64,000 bases of DNA from the NCBI RefSeq assembly GCF_015234515.1, contig NZ_JADGMY010000023.1:267882-331881 (forward strand). Reading direction: 5' to 3'. Origin of the DNA: Cellulomonas sp. (GTDB lineage: Bacteria; Actinomycetota; Actinomycetes; Actinomycetales; Cellulomonadaceae). A program made the translations under genes and the position numbers. The notes under the pieces were generated by a model, which saw nothing but the letters and a program-made list of their open reading frames with translations, was not told the DNA's origin and searched no databases. This document shows positions 9,352-19,179 of the stretch, piece after piece; position 1 is the first letter of the stretch; each line of letters begins with the position of its first letter.

Positions 9352-9921
9352 GTGGTCAGACCGTGGGAGAGGCTGCTCGAGCAGCTCGTGCACGAGAGGT
9401 ACGGGACGCTCGTCGGGTGGGCGACCCTGGTGTGCGGGTCGCGCGAGGACGCGCAGGACCTGCTGCAGGACGCGCTCGTGGCGACGTTCTCCAGCCGCGC
9501 GCGCTTCACGACCCTGCCGGAGGCCGAGCAGTACGTCCGCCGGGCCGTCGCGACGCGCAGCATCGACGCTGCCCGTCGTCGCGGCCGTGAGCGCACCGCG
9601 ATCCGGACGGTCGCGGGGCACGCGCCCGTACCGACGCCGGGCGTCGAGGGCCACCACCTGCCCGCCGACGTGGTCCGCGCGCTCGCGGACCTGACGCAGC
9701 GTGAGCGGGCCTGCGTCGTGCTGCGCCACCTCGAGGACCTGAGCGTCCGTGAGACCGCGGGCCTCCTGGGCATCAGCGAGGGCGCCGTCAAGCGGTACAC
9801 GTCCGACGGCGTCGCCCGGCTCGACGTCGTCCTGGGTGGCGTCACGGCCGACAACCACGAGCCCATGACCGTCCAGCCCCTGCGCGGGGCCGGCGCGGCG
9901 ACGGAGGTGACGGAGCGATGA
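9352..9921 (+). CDS. ECF sigma factor, module 4
   Basis: AQDLLQDAL; LTQRERACVVLRHLEDLSVRETAGLLGISEGAVKRY. Confidence 0.9.
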   Translation: MVRPWERLLEQLVHERYGTLVGWATLVCGSREDAQDLLQDALVATFSSRARFTTLPEAEQYVRRAVATRSIDAARRRGRERTAIRTVAGHAPVPTPGVEGHHLPADVVRALADLTQRERACVVLRHLEDLSVRETAGLLGISEGAVKRYTSDGVARLDVVLGGVTADNHEPMTVQPLRGAGAATEVTER

Positions 9922-11315
9922 CCGACGTCCACGACCTGCTCGCGCGGACCCACGACGCCCTGGGGAGGGCCGAGGCCCCACTGGACGCTGCGCGTCACGA
10001 CGACCTGCTGTCCGGGATCCGTCGCCGCCGCCGTCGCCGTCACGCCGGCGAGGTGCTCGGTGTCGGTGCCGCCGTCGTGGTGCTCGGCGCCACCGGCTGG
10101 CTGGGCCTGCAGCGGGACCGGACGGTCCAGCCCGCCGACCCGACGCCGACGGCGACGTCCGAGCCGACCGGTGGCGCGACGCCGGACGCGGCGTCCGCCC
10201 CCACCGCCACGGGGCTGCTGCCCGCGCTCGTCCTGCCGGCCGGGACGCTTCAGGCGGCTACGCCCGGGTGGGTCCTGACGACCCAGGCGCCCACGTACTG
10301 GCTGGCCGACCGCACCGGCGTGTCGGGCCCGACGGCGAACGTCGTCGACCTCGTGTCGCCCGCGGGGGAGCGGTACCGGGTGCTGGACCTGCCGACCGAC
10401 CGGCCGGTGTCCGTCGTGCGCTGGGAGGCGGGCAGCACGCAGGCCCTGGTCGTCACCACCGACGAGGAGCGCGTCCGGCACGGGGCGACGCTCGACCTGC
10501 TGACCGGCGGGATCACGCTCGTCGCCGGGCTGGCCGGTGTCGACACCCACGTCGGACGCACGGCCGCCGACGAGGACCTGTGGGCGTCGTCCACGAGCTC
10601 ACCGCTGCTGGTCCACGACGGGACGCGTGCGGTGCGGGAGCTGCCCCCGCTCACCCTGCCGGTGCTCGACGCGGCGGGCTCCCGCGTGGCGGGCCTCGGC
10701 GGTGTGCCCGGTGCCGACGCGGGCGACGGGGACCCGGGCTCCCCGGTCGTCGTCGACGTGGCGAGCGGCGCGGTCACCGTGGTCCCCGCGCCGGTCGACG
10801 GGACGTGCGAGCCGTTCGGGTGGAGCGGCACCGAGGTGCTGCTGTCGTGCTGGGACCTCACGGCCGAGGGGATGGTCGCCACGGGGTCGTGGCGGTACGA
10901 CGCCGCGACACCGGACGTCGCTCCGCGCCCGCTGGTGACCGACACGGACCTCGGTGCCGCCACCGCCACCGGGGTCGGGCTGCCCGACGGCCGTCTCGTG
11001 GTCCCGGGCGAGCGCCTCCTGGAGTGCGGTGCCGCGTGGGGCGTCCTGGACGTCGACGCGGGGACCTTCACCCGCGGCACGTTCCTCGAGGACCGGGTCG
11101 TCGGCCGGATCGTGGGGACGGACGGGTCGGCCGCGTACGTGCACTCCGTCATCCATTGCTCGGGCACCCCGGGACCGGGCGAGCTGCACCGGATCGACCT
11201 CGCCACCGGTGAGGTGGTCACGCTGGCACCCGCACCGGACGGGTCCGGCCTGCCCGACGGCAGCGCGTGGTTCGGGGCGACGACGTCGGCGGTCGTGGCG
11301 GCGCCGGCCCGCTGA
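9918..11315 (+). CDS. Single-pass membrane putative anti-sigma/sensor, module 4
   Basis: ATGA coupling to the sigma gene; RRRRRRR, TM helix, QPADPTPT linker, LDLLTG/IDLATG repeats, C-x4-W..SC. Confidence 0.72.
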   Translation: MTDVHDLLARTHDALGRAEAPLDAARHDDLLSGIRRRRRRRHAGEVLGVGAAVVVLGATGWLGLQRDRTVQPADPTPTATSEPTGGATPDAASAPTATGLLPALVLPAGTLQAATPGWVLTTQAPTYWLADRTGVSGPTANVVDLVSPAGERYRVLDLPTDRPVSVVRWEAGSTQALVVTTDEERVRHGATLDLLTGGITLVAGLAGVDTHVGRTAADEDLWASSTSSPLLVHDGTRAVRELPPLTLPVLDAAGSRVAGLGGVPGADAGDGDPGSPVVVDVASGAVTVVPAPVDGTCEPFGWSGTEVLLSCWDLTAEGMVATGSWRYDAATPDVAPRPLVTDTDLGAATATGVGLPDGRLVVPGERLLECGAAWGVLDVDAGTFTRGTFLEDRVVGRIVGTDGSAAYVHSVIHCSGTPGPGELHRIDLATGEVVTLAPAPDGSGLPDGSAWFGATTSAVVAAPAR

Positions 11316-11330
11316 GGAGGGGCTCCGGGA

Positions 11331-11375
11331 AGTGTGAAGCGTTGTTGCCGGAATCCGGCAGCAACGCTTCACACT
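11331..11375. repeat. 45-bp palindrome, copy 1 (REP-like)
   Basis: AGTGTGAAGCGTTGTTGCCGG-AAT-CCGGCAGCAACGCTTCACACT; 21-bp arms with one mismatch. Confidence 0.95.
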
Positions 11376-11381
11376 CCTGCG

Positions 11382-12299
11382 TCACGTCGCCGTGCAGCCG
11401 GGGCCGCACGGCGCGACGGTGCCGCGCCAGCCACGCGAGCGCAGGGCCGTCGCGACCTGACGCGCCGTCGCGCACGGCGTCGAGACGACGTGGCGCCACC
11501 GGTAGCGCAGCGTCAGCTCCGCCCGCTCCACCAGCACGGCGTTGTCCCGCCAGACGTCCCGGTCCGTCCGCCCGTGCGGGTGTGCCAGCTGCCCGTCGAG
11601 CTCCACCCGGACCCCCCACCCCTCGAACACACGGTCGGCGCGCACCCACCGGCCGTCGACGACCTGCCGGACCTGCCCGCGCGAGCGCGGCAACCCGTGC
11701 GTGCGCTCGACGCGGTCGTACCGGTGCTCGAGCGGCGACTCGACGCGCGCGTCCGGGTCACCCAGCACGGCCACGACCAGGTCGCGGTGCCGCTGCCACG
11801 GCCGGGCGTCCAGCTCGGCGACGACGCGGGACGGCAGCACCCCGGTCCGCACGGCGTCGCACACCACGCCCACCGCCGCGTCCTCGTCCGCGTCCTCCTG
11901 CACCAGGTCCAGCACCGAGGCCTCCCGGCACACGCTGCGCAGCCGACCACCCGAACGCGGCATGACGCGACGGCGCCGGACATCGAGCCCTGGCTGCGGA
12001 CGCACCGCCCGGTGCGCGGGCACGCTCACCACGACGCGGGGCCCGGGCGTCGCCACGAACCCGTGGACGACGCCGGCCGACCGGTGCGACAGGGCCGCAC
12101 CCGGCCCCGCCGCCAGGAGCGCCGCACGCGCGAGCTGCCGCCACGCGACCGGACCCGACTGCAGCACCACGACCCCGCGGAACACTCGCTGCCAGTGGCC
12201 GGCGCGCACCCGGCGCGCGACCACCGACGGGCCGACGCCACCGAGCGCGAGCTGCGCCGTCGTCGCCACACCGTCCTGGCGCACGACGAGCGCCGTCAC
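11382..12299 (-). CDS. AbiEi-type HTH protein with C-terminal Vsr/DUF559-like PD-(D/E)XK nuclease domain (start uncertain)
   Basis: RQDGVATTAQL..G..WQRVFRGV N-terminus, ALSHRSA middle segment, ESPLE..AD..ELDG..H nuclease motifs; the frame stays open to 12584. Confidence 0.75.
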   Translation of the reverse strand: MTALVVRQDGVATTAQLALGGVGPSVVARRVRAGHWQRVFRGVVVLQSGPVAWRQLARAALLAAGPGAALSHRSAGVVHGFVATPGPRVVVSVPAHRAVRPQPGLDVRRRRVMPRSGGRLRSVCREASVLDLVQEDADEDAAVGVVCDAVRTGVLPSRVVAELDARPWQRHRDLVVAVLGDPDARVESPLEHRYDRVERTHGLPRSRGQVRQVVDGRWVRADRVFEGWGVRVELDGQLAHPHGRTDRDVWRDNAVLVERAELTLRYRWRHVVSTPCATARQVATALRSRGWRGTVAPCGPGCTAT

Positions 12300-12550
12300 G
12301 GAGGGGGACAGGCGCGTGAGCCCGGGCAGGGCGCCGACGCCCGCACCCGCCGTCCACGTGGGACGCGTCGACGCTCCGTTCGAGCTGCGCGCGCCGGCCG
12401 CAGCAGGCCGGGACGCGCCCTCACCCCCCGGCGCACGCCTCGACCCGTCGCCCGCCCTCACACCACCGCCGTCCCACCGCACGAGAGCACGCTCCCGCAC
12501 CGGACCCACCGACGGGCGCCGTCGGCGACGATCTGTGGACGACCCAGAAA

Positions 12551-12595
12551 AGCGTGAAGCGTTGTTGCCGGAATCCGGCAACAACGCTTCACACT
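12551..12595. repeat. 45-bp palindrome, copy 2 (REP-like)
   Basis: AGCGTGAAGCGTTGTTGCCGG-AAT-CCGGCAACAACGCTTCACACT; 43/45 identical to copy 1. Confidence 0.95.
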
Positions 12596-12613
12596 TCTTG
12601 GCTCAGCTGCGGC

Positions 12614-13708
12614 TCAGCGCTCCAGCTCGCCGCGGATGAAGGCCTCGACCTTGGCGCGACCCTCGGTGTCCTCGGTCTGCACCGGCGGGGACTTCATGAA
12701 GTACGTCGACGCCGACAGCAGGGGGCCACCGATGCCACGGTCCTTGGCGATCTTCGCGGCGCGCAGGGCGTCGATGATGATGCCGGCCGAGTTCGGGGAG
12801 TCCCAGACCTCGAGCTTGTACTCCAGGCTCAGGGGCACCTCGCCGAACGCGCGGCCCTCGAGGCGCACGTACGCCCACTTGCGGTCGTCGAGCCACGCGA
12901 CGTAGTCCGACGGGCCGATGTGGACGTTGCGGTCGTCCTTCTTGCCGGCCAGCGGGCCGTCGGTGAGGTTCGAGGTGACGGCCTGCGTCTTCGAGACCTT
13001 CTTGGACTCCAGGCGCTCGCGCTCGAGCATGTTCTTGAAGTCCATGTTGCCGCCGACGTTCAGCTGGTACGTGCGGTCCAGGATGACGCCGCGGTCCTCG
13101 AACAGACGCGCGAGGACGCGGTGCGTGATGGTTGCGCCGACCTGCGACTTGATGTCGTCGCCGACGATCGGCACACCGGCGGCCTCGAACTTCGCGGCCC
13201 ACACCGGGTCCGACGCGATGAAGACCGGCAGGGCGTTGACGAACGCGACGCCCGCGTCGATCGCGCACTGCGCGTAGAACTTGGCGGCGGCCTCGGAGCC
13301 GACGGGCAGGTAGCAGATCAGGACGTCGACCTGCAGGTCCTTGAGCGTCTGCACGACGTCGACGGGCTCGGCGTCCGACTCCTCGATGGTCTCGGCGTAG
13401 TACTTGCCGATGCCGTCGAGCGTGTGACCGCGCTGCACCGTGACACCCAGCGGCGGCACGTCGGCGATCTTGATGGTGTTGTTCTCCGAGTTGAAGATCG
13501 CCTCGGAGAGGTCGAAGCCGACCTTCTTGGCGTCCACGTCGAACGCGGCCACGAACTCGATGTCCCGCACGTGGTAGTCACCGAACTGCACGTGCATCAG
13601 GCCCGGGACCTTGCCCGCGGGGTCGGCGTCCCGGTAGTACTGCACGCCCTGGACAAGCGACGCGGCGCAGTTGCCGACGCCGACGATGGCGACGCGGATG
13701 GAGGTCAT
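12614..13708 (-). CDS. ino1: myo-inositol-1-phosphate synthase
   Basis: [38 protein letters not shown] and WDSPNSAG motifs; ATGA coupling to padR. Confidence 0.95.
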   Translation of the reverse strand: MTSIRVAIVGVGNCAASLVQGVQYYRDADPAGKVPGLMHVQFGDYHVRDIEFVAAFDVDAKKVGFDLSEAIFNSENNTIKIADVPPLGVTVQRGHTLDGIGKYYAETIEESDAEPVDVVQTLKDLQVDVLICYLPVGSEAAAKFYAQCAIDAGVAFVNALPVFIASDPVWAAKFEAAGVPIVGDDIKSQVGATITHRVLARLFEDRGVILDRTYQLNVGGNMDFKNMLERERLESKKVSKTQAVTSNLTDGPLAGKKDDRNVHIGPSDYVAWLDDRKWAYVRLEGRAFGEVPLSLEYKLEVWDSPNSAGIIIDALRAAKIAKDRGIGGPLLSASTYFMKSPPVQTEDTEGRAKVEAFIRGELER

Positions 13709-14343
13709 CCTCGCTCCTTCTCGTTTCGCGCCTCGGTGTTGCCCTCGGCGTCGTCTGCAGCGATGGCCGGTCGGCCACCGCCCTCGGGACGGGCACGACG
13801 CACGCCCCGCTCGTTGTCGATGAGGTCGTCCAGCCAACGGACCTCGCGCTCGACCTGCTCGAGCCCGTGACGCTGCAGCTCGAGCGTGTACTCGTCCATG
13901 CGCTCGCGGGTCCGGGCCACCGACTGGCGGAAGGTCTCCAGCCGTTCGGTGAGCCTGATGCGGCGCCCCTCGAGGATCCGCATCCGGGTCTCGGCGTCCG
14001 TCTGCGCGAAGAACGCGAAGCGGACGTCGAAGTTCTCGTCCTCCCAGGCTGCCGGACCGGAGGAGGAGAGCACCTGCTGGAGGTGCTCCTTGCCCTCGGC
14101 GGTGAGCTGGTAGACGATGCGGGCTCGTTTGCTGGCGACCGTGCGGTCGTCCGGCGCCTCGACGCCGACGATCCACCCACGGTCGGCGAGCCCCTTGAGG
14201 CAGGGGTACAGCGACCCGTAGGACAGTGCGCGGAACGAGCCGAGCACGAGGTTGAGCCGCTTGCGCAGCTCGTACCCGTGCATGGGGGACTCGGCGAGCA
14301 GGCCCAGGATCGCCGGCTCGAGCACGTCGTGACGCCCGCGCAT
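13705..14343 (-). CDS. PadR-family regulator upstream of ino1
   Basis: [18 protein letters not shown]...SYGSLYPCL...YQLTAEGKE winged HTH. Confidence 0.9.
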   Translation of the reverse strand: MRGRHDVLEPAILGLLAESPMHGYELRKRLNLVLGSFRALSYGSLYPCLKGLADRGWIVGVEAPDDRTVASKRARIVYQLTAEGKEHLQQVLSSSGPAAWEDENFDVRFAFFAQTDAETRMRILEGRRIRLTERLETFRQSVARTRERMDEYTLELQRHGLEQVEREVRWLDDLIDNERGVRRARPEGGGRPAIAADDAEGNTEARNEKERG

Positions 14344-14396
14344 CCGGCCCTCCCGTCGTCGCCGCCCGTCTCTCGGATCCGACGGTTGCCGGTTCC

Positions 14397-14428
14397 GATG
14401 TATCGACTCGATACATCCGGAGAGTATG
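14397..14428 (-). promoter_or_regulatory. padR-ino1 promoter: -10 CATACT plus perfect inverted repeat GATGTATCGA-C-TCGATACATC
   Basis: 10-bp arms at 14397-14406 and 14408-14417, just downstream of minus-strand CATACT (14428-14423). Confidence 0.7.
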
Positions 14429-14693
14429 TCGGGTCGGCGGTCGTGCACAACACGCCGGGTGGGAGACGGCCTGTGGCGCGCCTCACACCGGCCCCGCAAC
14501 GGTCGACGTCCTGTCGTGGCGCCGTGCCGATCGTGTGAACGCTCGATCGGATCCGGACAAGTCGAGCCCCACCCCGGCTGTCGGCCCCAGGCACTTCCTC
14601 CATACTGAGCCCCGGCAGCGTCCGCCCGGCGTGCTCGCCGGACGGGTCGCCGGGGGGCTGCCGCAGCAACGTCGTCGCACGAGAGGTCCCCCC

Positions 14694-17114
14694 TTGGCAG
14701 CCAGCAACCGTCGCGCAGCGCCTTCCCGCGCTCGACGCGCGACGCGTCGACCCGCCACCTCCGAGCGCCGCGGGTTCTGGAACTACCCCCGCCGCGAGCA
14801 CACCGGTCTGCACCGGTGGCTGCCGTCGTGGCGCGTGGTCCTCGGCGCGTTCATCAGCGGGATCTTCCTCGCGCTGGGCGCCGGCGCGGCCGCGTTCGCG
14901 TTCATCCAGCCGCCCGACCCGCTGGCCGAGGTCGAGTACCAGACGACCACGGTGTACTACGCCGGTGCCGAGCCCGGCACGCCGGGTGAGGTGATGGGGA
15001 GGTTCGCGGACCAGCGGCGGGACCTCGTCGACTACGAGTCCCTGCCCCCGCACATCGGCCACGCGGTCGCGGCCGGCGAGGACAAGACCTTCTTCACCAA
15101 CCGCGGGGTCTCGCTGCGGGCGATCGGGCGCGCGTTCCTCAACAACGTCCAGGGCAAGCCGACGCAGGGCGCGTCGACGCTGACCCAGCAGTACGTCGAG
15201 CGGTACTACCAGGACACGACGACGGACTACTGGGGGAAGGCGAAGGAAGCGATCCTCGCGATCAAGATCTCTCAGAACGAGTCCAAAGAGATGATCATGG
15301 GGCGCTACCTCAACACCATCTACTTCGGTCGTGACTCGTACGGGATCCAGGCTGCCGCGCAGTCGTACTACGGCGTGGACGCCGCGGACCTGACCGTCGC
15401 GCAGTCCGCCGTGCTCGCGGCCGTCATCCCGTCCCCCAACAACTGGGACCCGGCGAACAACCGCGCCAAGGCGGAGCAGCGCTGGGGGATCATCCTCGAC
15501 AACATGGTCGAGATGGGCTGGCTCACGAGCGAGGAGCGAGCCGCGCAGGTCTTCCCGGACCCGGTGGTCTACCAGGAGTCCGAGACGTACCGCGGTCCCA
15601 ACGGCCACCTGCTGAAGATGGTCGAGAAGGAGATGCTCGCCACCAAGCTGTGGACCGAGGGCGAGCTGCGCACCAAGGGGCTGACGATCGTCACCACGAT
15701 CGACAAGGCCGTCCAGGACCTCGCGATCCAGTCCGCCGACGCACTGCGTGCCGGAGAGCTCACCGACGGTGCCACGCCGGCCCCGCTCCTGCGCATGTCG
15801 ATCGTCACGATCGACCCGGCGACGGGCGGCATCGTCGCCCTCTACGGGGGTCCGGACTACCTCGCCGACACCCGCAACAACGCGACGTACGAGAAGATCC
15901 AGGCCGGTTCGACGTACAAGCCGTTCACGCTCGTCGCGGCGCTCGAGCAGGGCATCGGGCTGGGGACGACGTACGACGCGGCGTCGCCGCAGGAGTTCGA
16001 CATCGGCGAGGCGAAGCCGTGGCGCGTCCAGAACTTCGCCAACTCCAGCCGCTACGGGACCATCGACCTCGCCGCGGCGACGGCCGACTCGGTCAACACG
16101 GTCTACGCCCAGCTCAACCTCGAGGTCGGCCCGGAGGAGACCGCGCGGGTCGCGTCTGCCGCAGGGGCGACGACCGAGCCGACGGTGGTGCCCTCGAACG
16201 TGCTCGGGTCCGACATGGTCCACCCGGCCGACATGGCGAGCGCCTACGCGACGTTCGCCGCCCAGGGTGTGCAGCGAGACCGGCACATCGTCCAGTCGGT
16301 GCTCGACGCCGACGGCGCCGTGATCTGGAGCCCCGACACGAGCGGCGAGCAGGTCTTCGCCCCCGACGTCATGGCCGACACGACGTACGCGCTCACGCAG
16401 GTCGTCGAGCGTGGGTCGGCGCGGGCGAACGTCAAGCCCGTCGGACGGCCCCTCGCCGGCAAGACGGGAACGTCGCAGGAGAACAAGTCGGCGTGGTTCA
16501 TCGGCTACGCGCCACAGCTGGCGACGGCGGTCGCGCTCTTCGAGAACGGCGAGAACGGCAAGGACCTCAACTCGATCACCGCCTGGGGTGGCCTGAAGCA
16601 GGTCACCGGTGGTTCGCACCCGGCGGCGCTGTGGGCGCACTACATGAAGCAGGTCTTCGAGCAGCCGAAGTACGCGCCCGTGGTGGACTTCCCGCCGCGC
16701 GCGAACGTCGGCCGCACCGCGCCGCCGACGCCGACCGAGCTGCCCTCGGAGGAGCCCACGCCGCAGGAGACCCAGGCGCCCGCCGAGGTGCAGGTCCCGG
16801 ACGGGCTGGTCGAGCGCACGGAGGCGGACGCCGTCGGGGCGCTGCAGGCCGCAGGTCTGACCCCGCGGGTCGTGACCGAGCGGTCCGCGACGGTTCCGGT
16901 CGGGCGCGTGATCCGCGTCGAACCGGGGGAGGGGTCGACCGTCGCGACGGGAGCGACCGTCACGATCGTCGTGTCCAGCGGTGCGCCGCAACCCAGCCCG
17001 ACGCCTCCGCCCCCGCCGCCGACGGTCGAGCCGACCCCGGCCCCGACGCCCGCGCCGACCGCACCCGGCGGCGGCGACGCCGCGCCGCCACCGGAGCAGG
17101 GGCAGGGCGACTAG
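14694..17114 (+). CDS. ponA: Class A penicillin-binding protein (transglycosylase/transpeptidase + PASTA)
   Basis: EDKTF and GASTLTQQYV glycosyltransferase motifs; STYK, SVN and KTG transpeptidase motifs; PASTA domain and Pro-rich tail; TTG start after GAGAGG is inferred (frame open from 14535). Confidence 0.9.
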   Translation: MAASNRRAAPSRARRATRRPATSERRGFWNYPRREHTGLHRWLPSWRVVLGAFISGIFLALGAGAAAFAFIQPPDPLAEVEYQTTTVYYAGAEPGTPGEVMGRFADQRRDLVDYESLPPHIGHAVAAGEDKTFFTNRGVSLRAIGRAFLNNVQGKPTQGASTLTQQYVERYYQDTTTDYWGKAKEAILAIKISQNESKEMIMGRYLNTIYFGRDSYGIQAAAQSYYGVDAADLTVAQSAVLAAVIPSPNNWDPANNRAKAEQRWGIILDNMVEMGWLTSEERAAQVFPDPVVYQESETYRGPNGHLLKMVEKEMLATKLWTEGELRTKGLTIVTTIDKAVQDLAIQSADALRAGELTDGATPAPLLRMSIVTIDPATGGIVALYGGPDYLADTRNNATYEKIQAGSTYKPFTLVAALEQGIGLGTTYDAASPQEFDIGEAKPWRVQNFANSSRYGTIDLAAATADSVNTVYAQLNLEVGPEETARVASAAGATTEPTVVPSNVLGSDMVHPADMASAYATFAAQGVQRDRHIVQSVLDADGAVIWSPDTSGEQVFAPDVMADTTYALTQVVERGSARANVKPVGRPLAGKTGTSQENKSAWFIGYAPQLATAVALFENGENGKDLNSITAWGGLKQVTGGSHPAALWAHYMKQVFEQPKYAPVVDFPPRANVGRTAPPTPTELPSEEPTPQETQAPAEVQVPDGLVERTEADAVGALQAAGLTPRVVTERSATVPVGRVIRVEPGEGSTVATGATVTIVVSSGAPQPSPTPPPPPPTVEPTPAPTPAPTAPGGGDAAPPPEQGQGD

Positions 17115-17237
17115 CAACGATTCGGTCGACCGGCCGCGAACCGGTAGGCTGTGCCACCGCCGTCCCTCACGGGACGGTTCGTCGTGCCCGCCCACCCCGA
17201 CACTCGTCGGGAACGGGCGCGTCGAGACGCTTGAGAC

Positions 17238-17280
17238 CCTCCTGTCACGGACCGACCGTGACCGCGAAGACCAGAGGAGG
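17238..17280 (+). ncRNA. rpsF leader, putative S6:S18-binding autogenous control element
   Basis: CCTCCT (17238-43) pairs with the SD AGGAGG (17275-80) around the GTCACGG/CCGTGAC hairpin, with CCG at its 3' base; candidate -10 TAGGCT at 17145-50. Confidence 0.7.
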
Positions 17281-17285
17281 TGGGT

Positions 17286-17579
17286 ATGAGCCTGCGTCAG
17301 TACGAGATCATGATCATCCTCGACCCCGAGATCGAGGAGCGCACCGTCGCCCCGTCGCTCGACAAGTACCTGACGGTCGTCAAGACCGACGGTGGCACTG
17401 TCGACAAGGTGGACGTGTGGGGCCGTCGTCGCCTCGCGTACGACATCCAGAAGAAGAGCGAGGGCATCTACGCCGTCGTCGACTTCACCGCGTCGCCCGC
17501 CACGGCCAAGGAGCTGGACCGTCAGCTCGGCCTCAACGAGGTCGTCCTGCGCACGAAGGTCATGCGCCGCGAGGCCTGA
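17286..17579 (+). CDS. rpsF: 30S ribosomal protein S6
   Basis: [11 protein letters not shown]...[12 protein letters not shown]...[19 protein letters not shown]. Confidence 0.97.
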   Translation: MSLRQYEIMIILDPEIEERTVAPSLDKYLTVVKTDGGTVDKVDVWGRRRLAYDIQKKSEGIYAVVDFTASPATAKELDRQLGLNEVVLRTKVMRREA

Positions 17580-17673
17580 TCTTCTGTGTGTCGGTGCCCG
17601 CCGCTAGCGTCGGGCCCCAGCATCCGCGGCATCACGCCGCAGCCGAACCTTACGAACGAGCGAGGAGGCCGTC

Positions 17674-18204
17674 ATGGCCGGCGAGACCACCATCACGGTG
17701 ATCGGGAACCTGACCGGGGACCCGGAGCTGCGCTTCACCCCGTCGGGCGCCGCGGTCGCGAACTTCACCGTCGCGTCCACGCCCCGCACGTTCGACCGCC
17801 AGTCCAACGAGTGGAAGGACGGGGAGACCCTGTTCCTGCGCTGCTCGATCTGGCGGGAGGCGGCCGAGTCCGTCGCCGAGTCCCTCACCAAGGGCACCCG
17901 CGTCATCGTGCAGGGCCGGCTCTCGCAGCGGTCGTACGAGACCCGCGAGGGCGAGAAGCGCACCGTGTACGAGCTGCAGGTCGACGAGGTCGGCCCGTCG
18001 CTGCGGTACGCGACCGCCAAGGTCACCCGGACCCAGCGCTCCGGCGGTGGCAACTTCGGTGGCGGTGGCGGTGGCAATTCCGGCGGTGGCGGCTTCGGTG
18101 GCGGCGGTTCGTCGTCCGGTGGCGGCGGCCAGACCGACGACCCGTGGGCGACGCCCGCGGGTGGTGGGTCCGGCGGCGGCTACTCCGACGAGCCCCCGTT
18201 CTGA
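17674..18204 (+). CDS. ssb: Single-stranded DNA-binding protein
   Basis: [21 protein letters not shown]; Gly-rich linker; DEPPF tail. Confidence 0.97.
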   Translation: MAGETTITVIGNLTGDPELRFTPSGAAVANFTVASTPRTFDRQSNEWKDGETLFLRCSIWREAAESVAESLTKGTRVIVQGRLSQRSYETREGEKRTVYELQVDEVGPSLRYATAKVTRTQRSGGGNFGGGGGGNSGGGGFGGGGSSSGGGGQTDDPWATPAGGGSGGGYSDEPPF

Positions 18205-18281
18205 TCGGCGCCTCGCACACCTGAACACTCCATCCCCGAGCACGGCAACGCTCGGGGCTCCACAGACAAAGGAGCACCGCG

Positions 18282-18518
18282 ATGGCCAAGCCCGTCGTCC
18301 GCAAGCCCAAGAAGAAGCAGAACCCCCTCAAGGCCGCCAAGATCGACACGGTCGACTACAAGGACACGGCTCTGCTCCGCAAGTTCATCTCCGACCGCGG
18401 GAAGATCCGTGCGCGTCGCGTGACCGGTGTCTCCGTGCAGGAGCAGCGCCAGATCGCCCGTGCCGTCAAGAACGCGCGCGAGATGGCCCTCCTGGCGTAC
18501 TCGTCGTCGGCTCGCTGA
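18282..18518 (+). CDS. rpsR: 30S ribosomal protein S18 (Cys-less form)
   Basis: [25 protein letters not shown]...[11 protein letters not shown]. Confidence 0.97.
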   Translation: MAKPVVRKPKKKQNPLKAAKIDTVDYKDTALLRKFISDRGKIRARRVTGVSVQEQRQIARAVKNAREMALLAYSSSAR

Positions 18519-18532
18519 GAAAGGACTGACCC

Positions 18533-18982
18533 ATGGCGAAGATCATCCTGACCCACGAGGTCACCGGTCTCGGTGCCCCTGGCGACATCGTCGAGGTGAA
18601 GGACGGGTACGCCCGTAACTACCTCATCCCGCGCAGCCTGGCCACGCCGTGGACCAAGGGTGCCGAGAAGGACGTCTCTGCGATCCGCCGTGCCCGCAAG
18701 GCGCGCGAGATCGCGGGTCTCGACGACGCGAAGGCCGTGCGGGACTCCCTGCAGGCCAACCCGGTGACCGTCTCGGCCAAGTCCGGCGAGTCGGGCCGGC
18801 TGTTCGGTGCCGTCACCACGGCCGAGATCGCTGCCGCGATCAAGGCCGCCGGCGCCCCGGCCGTCGACAAGCGCAAGATCGAGGTCGCCCAGGCGATCAA
18901 GTCGACCGGCGAGTACACGGTGCAGGTCCGCCTGCACCCCGAGGTCTCGGCCAAGGTGACCGTCAAGGTCGTCGCCGCCTGA
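18533..18982 (+). CDS. rplI: 50S ribosomal protein L9
   Basis: [21 protein letters not shown]; GRLFGAVT; VRLHPEV. Confidence 0.97.
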   Translation: MAKIILTHEVTGLGAPGDIVEVKDGYARNYLIPRSLATPWTKGAEKDVSAIRRARKAREIAGLDDAKAVRDSLQANPVTVSAKSGESGRLFGAVTTAEIAAAIKAAGAPAVDKRKIEVAQAIKSTGEYTVQVRLHPEVSAKVTVKVVAA

Positions 18983-19000
18983 TCTGCTCCACGTGAGCCA

Positions 19001-19036
19001 CGAGGCCCCGCACCGGTGATCCGGTGCGGGGCCTCG
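19001..19036 (+). terminator. Hairpin terminator after rplI
   Basis: CGAGGCCCCGCACCGG-TGAT-CCGGTGCGGGGCCTCG, perfect 16-bp stem. Confidence 0.85.
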
Positions 19037-19179
19037 TCGCGTCGGCGGAGTCCGGGGTGAGCTCGTCCTCCGCAAGGTGGACAGCGGGTCCTCCCTGGGA
19101 CGGTCGGCAGCAGGGCCGCCGCTGCGTAGCGTCGGTGACATGGCGCGGAGGTCCCGCGGCGGTTACCCAGGAGGTCGAC

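Noticed and set aside
11331-12595. Palindromes as a CRISPR array
   Set aside because: Only two repeats, the spacer is a 1.2-kb gene, and there are no cas genes.
13578-17195. 1205-aa ORF antisense to ponA
   Set aside because: Shadow ORF, Arg/Gly-rich, no domain signature.
18040-18180. GGCGGT tandem repeats
   Set aside because: Normal Gly-rich SSB linker.
18282-18518. S18 lacks zinc-binding cysteines
   Set aside because: Cys-less S18 forms are well known.
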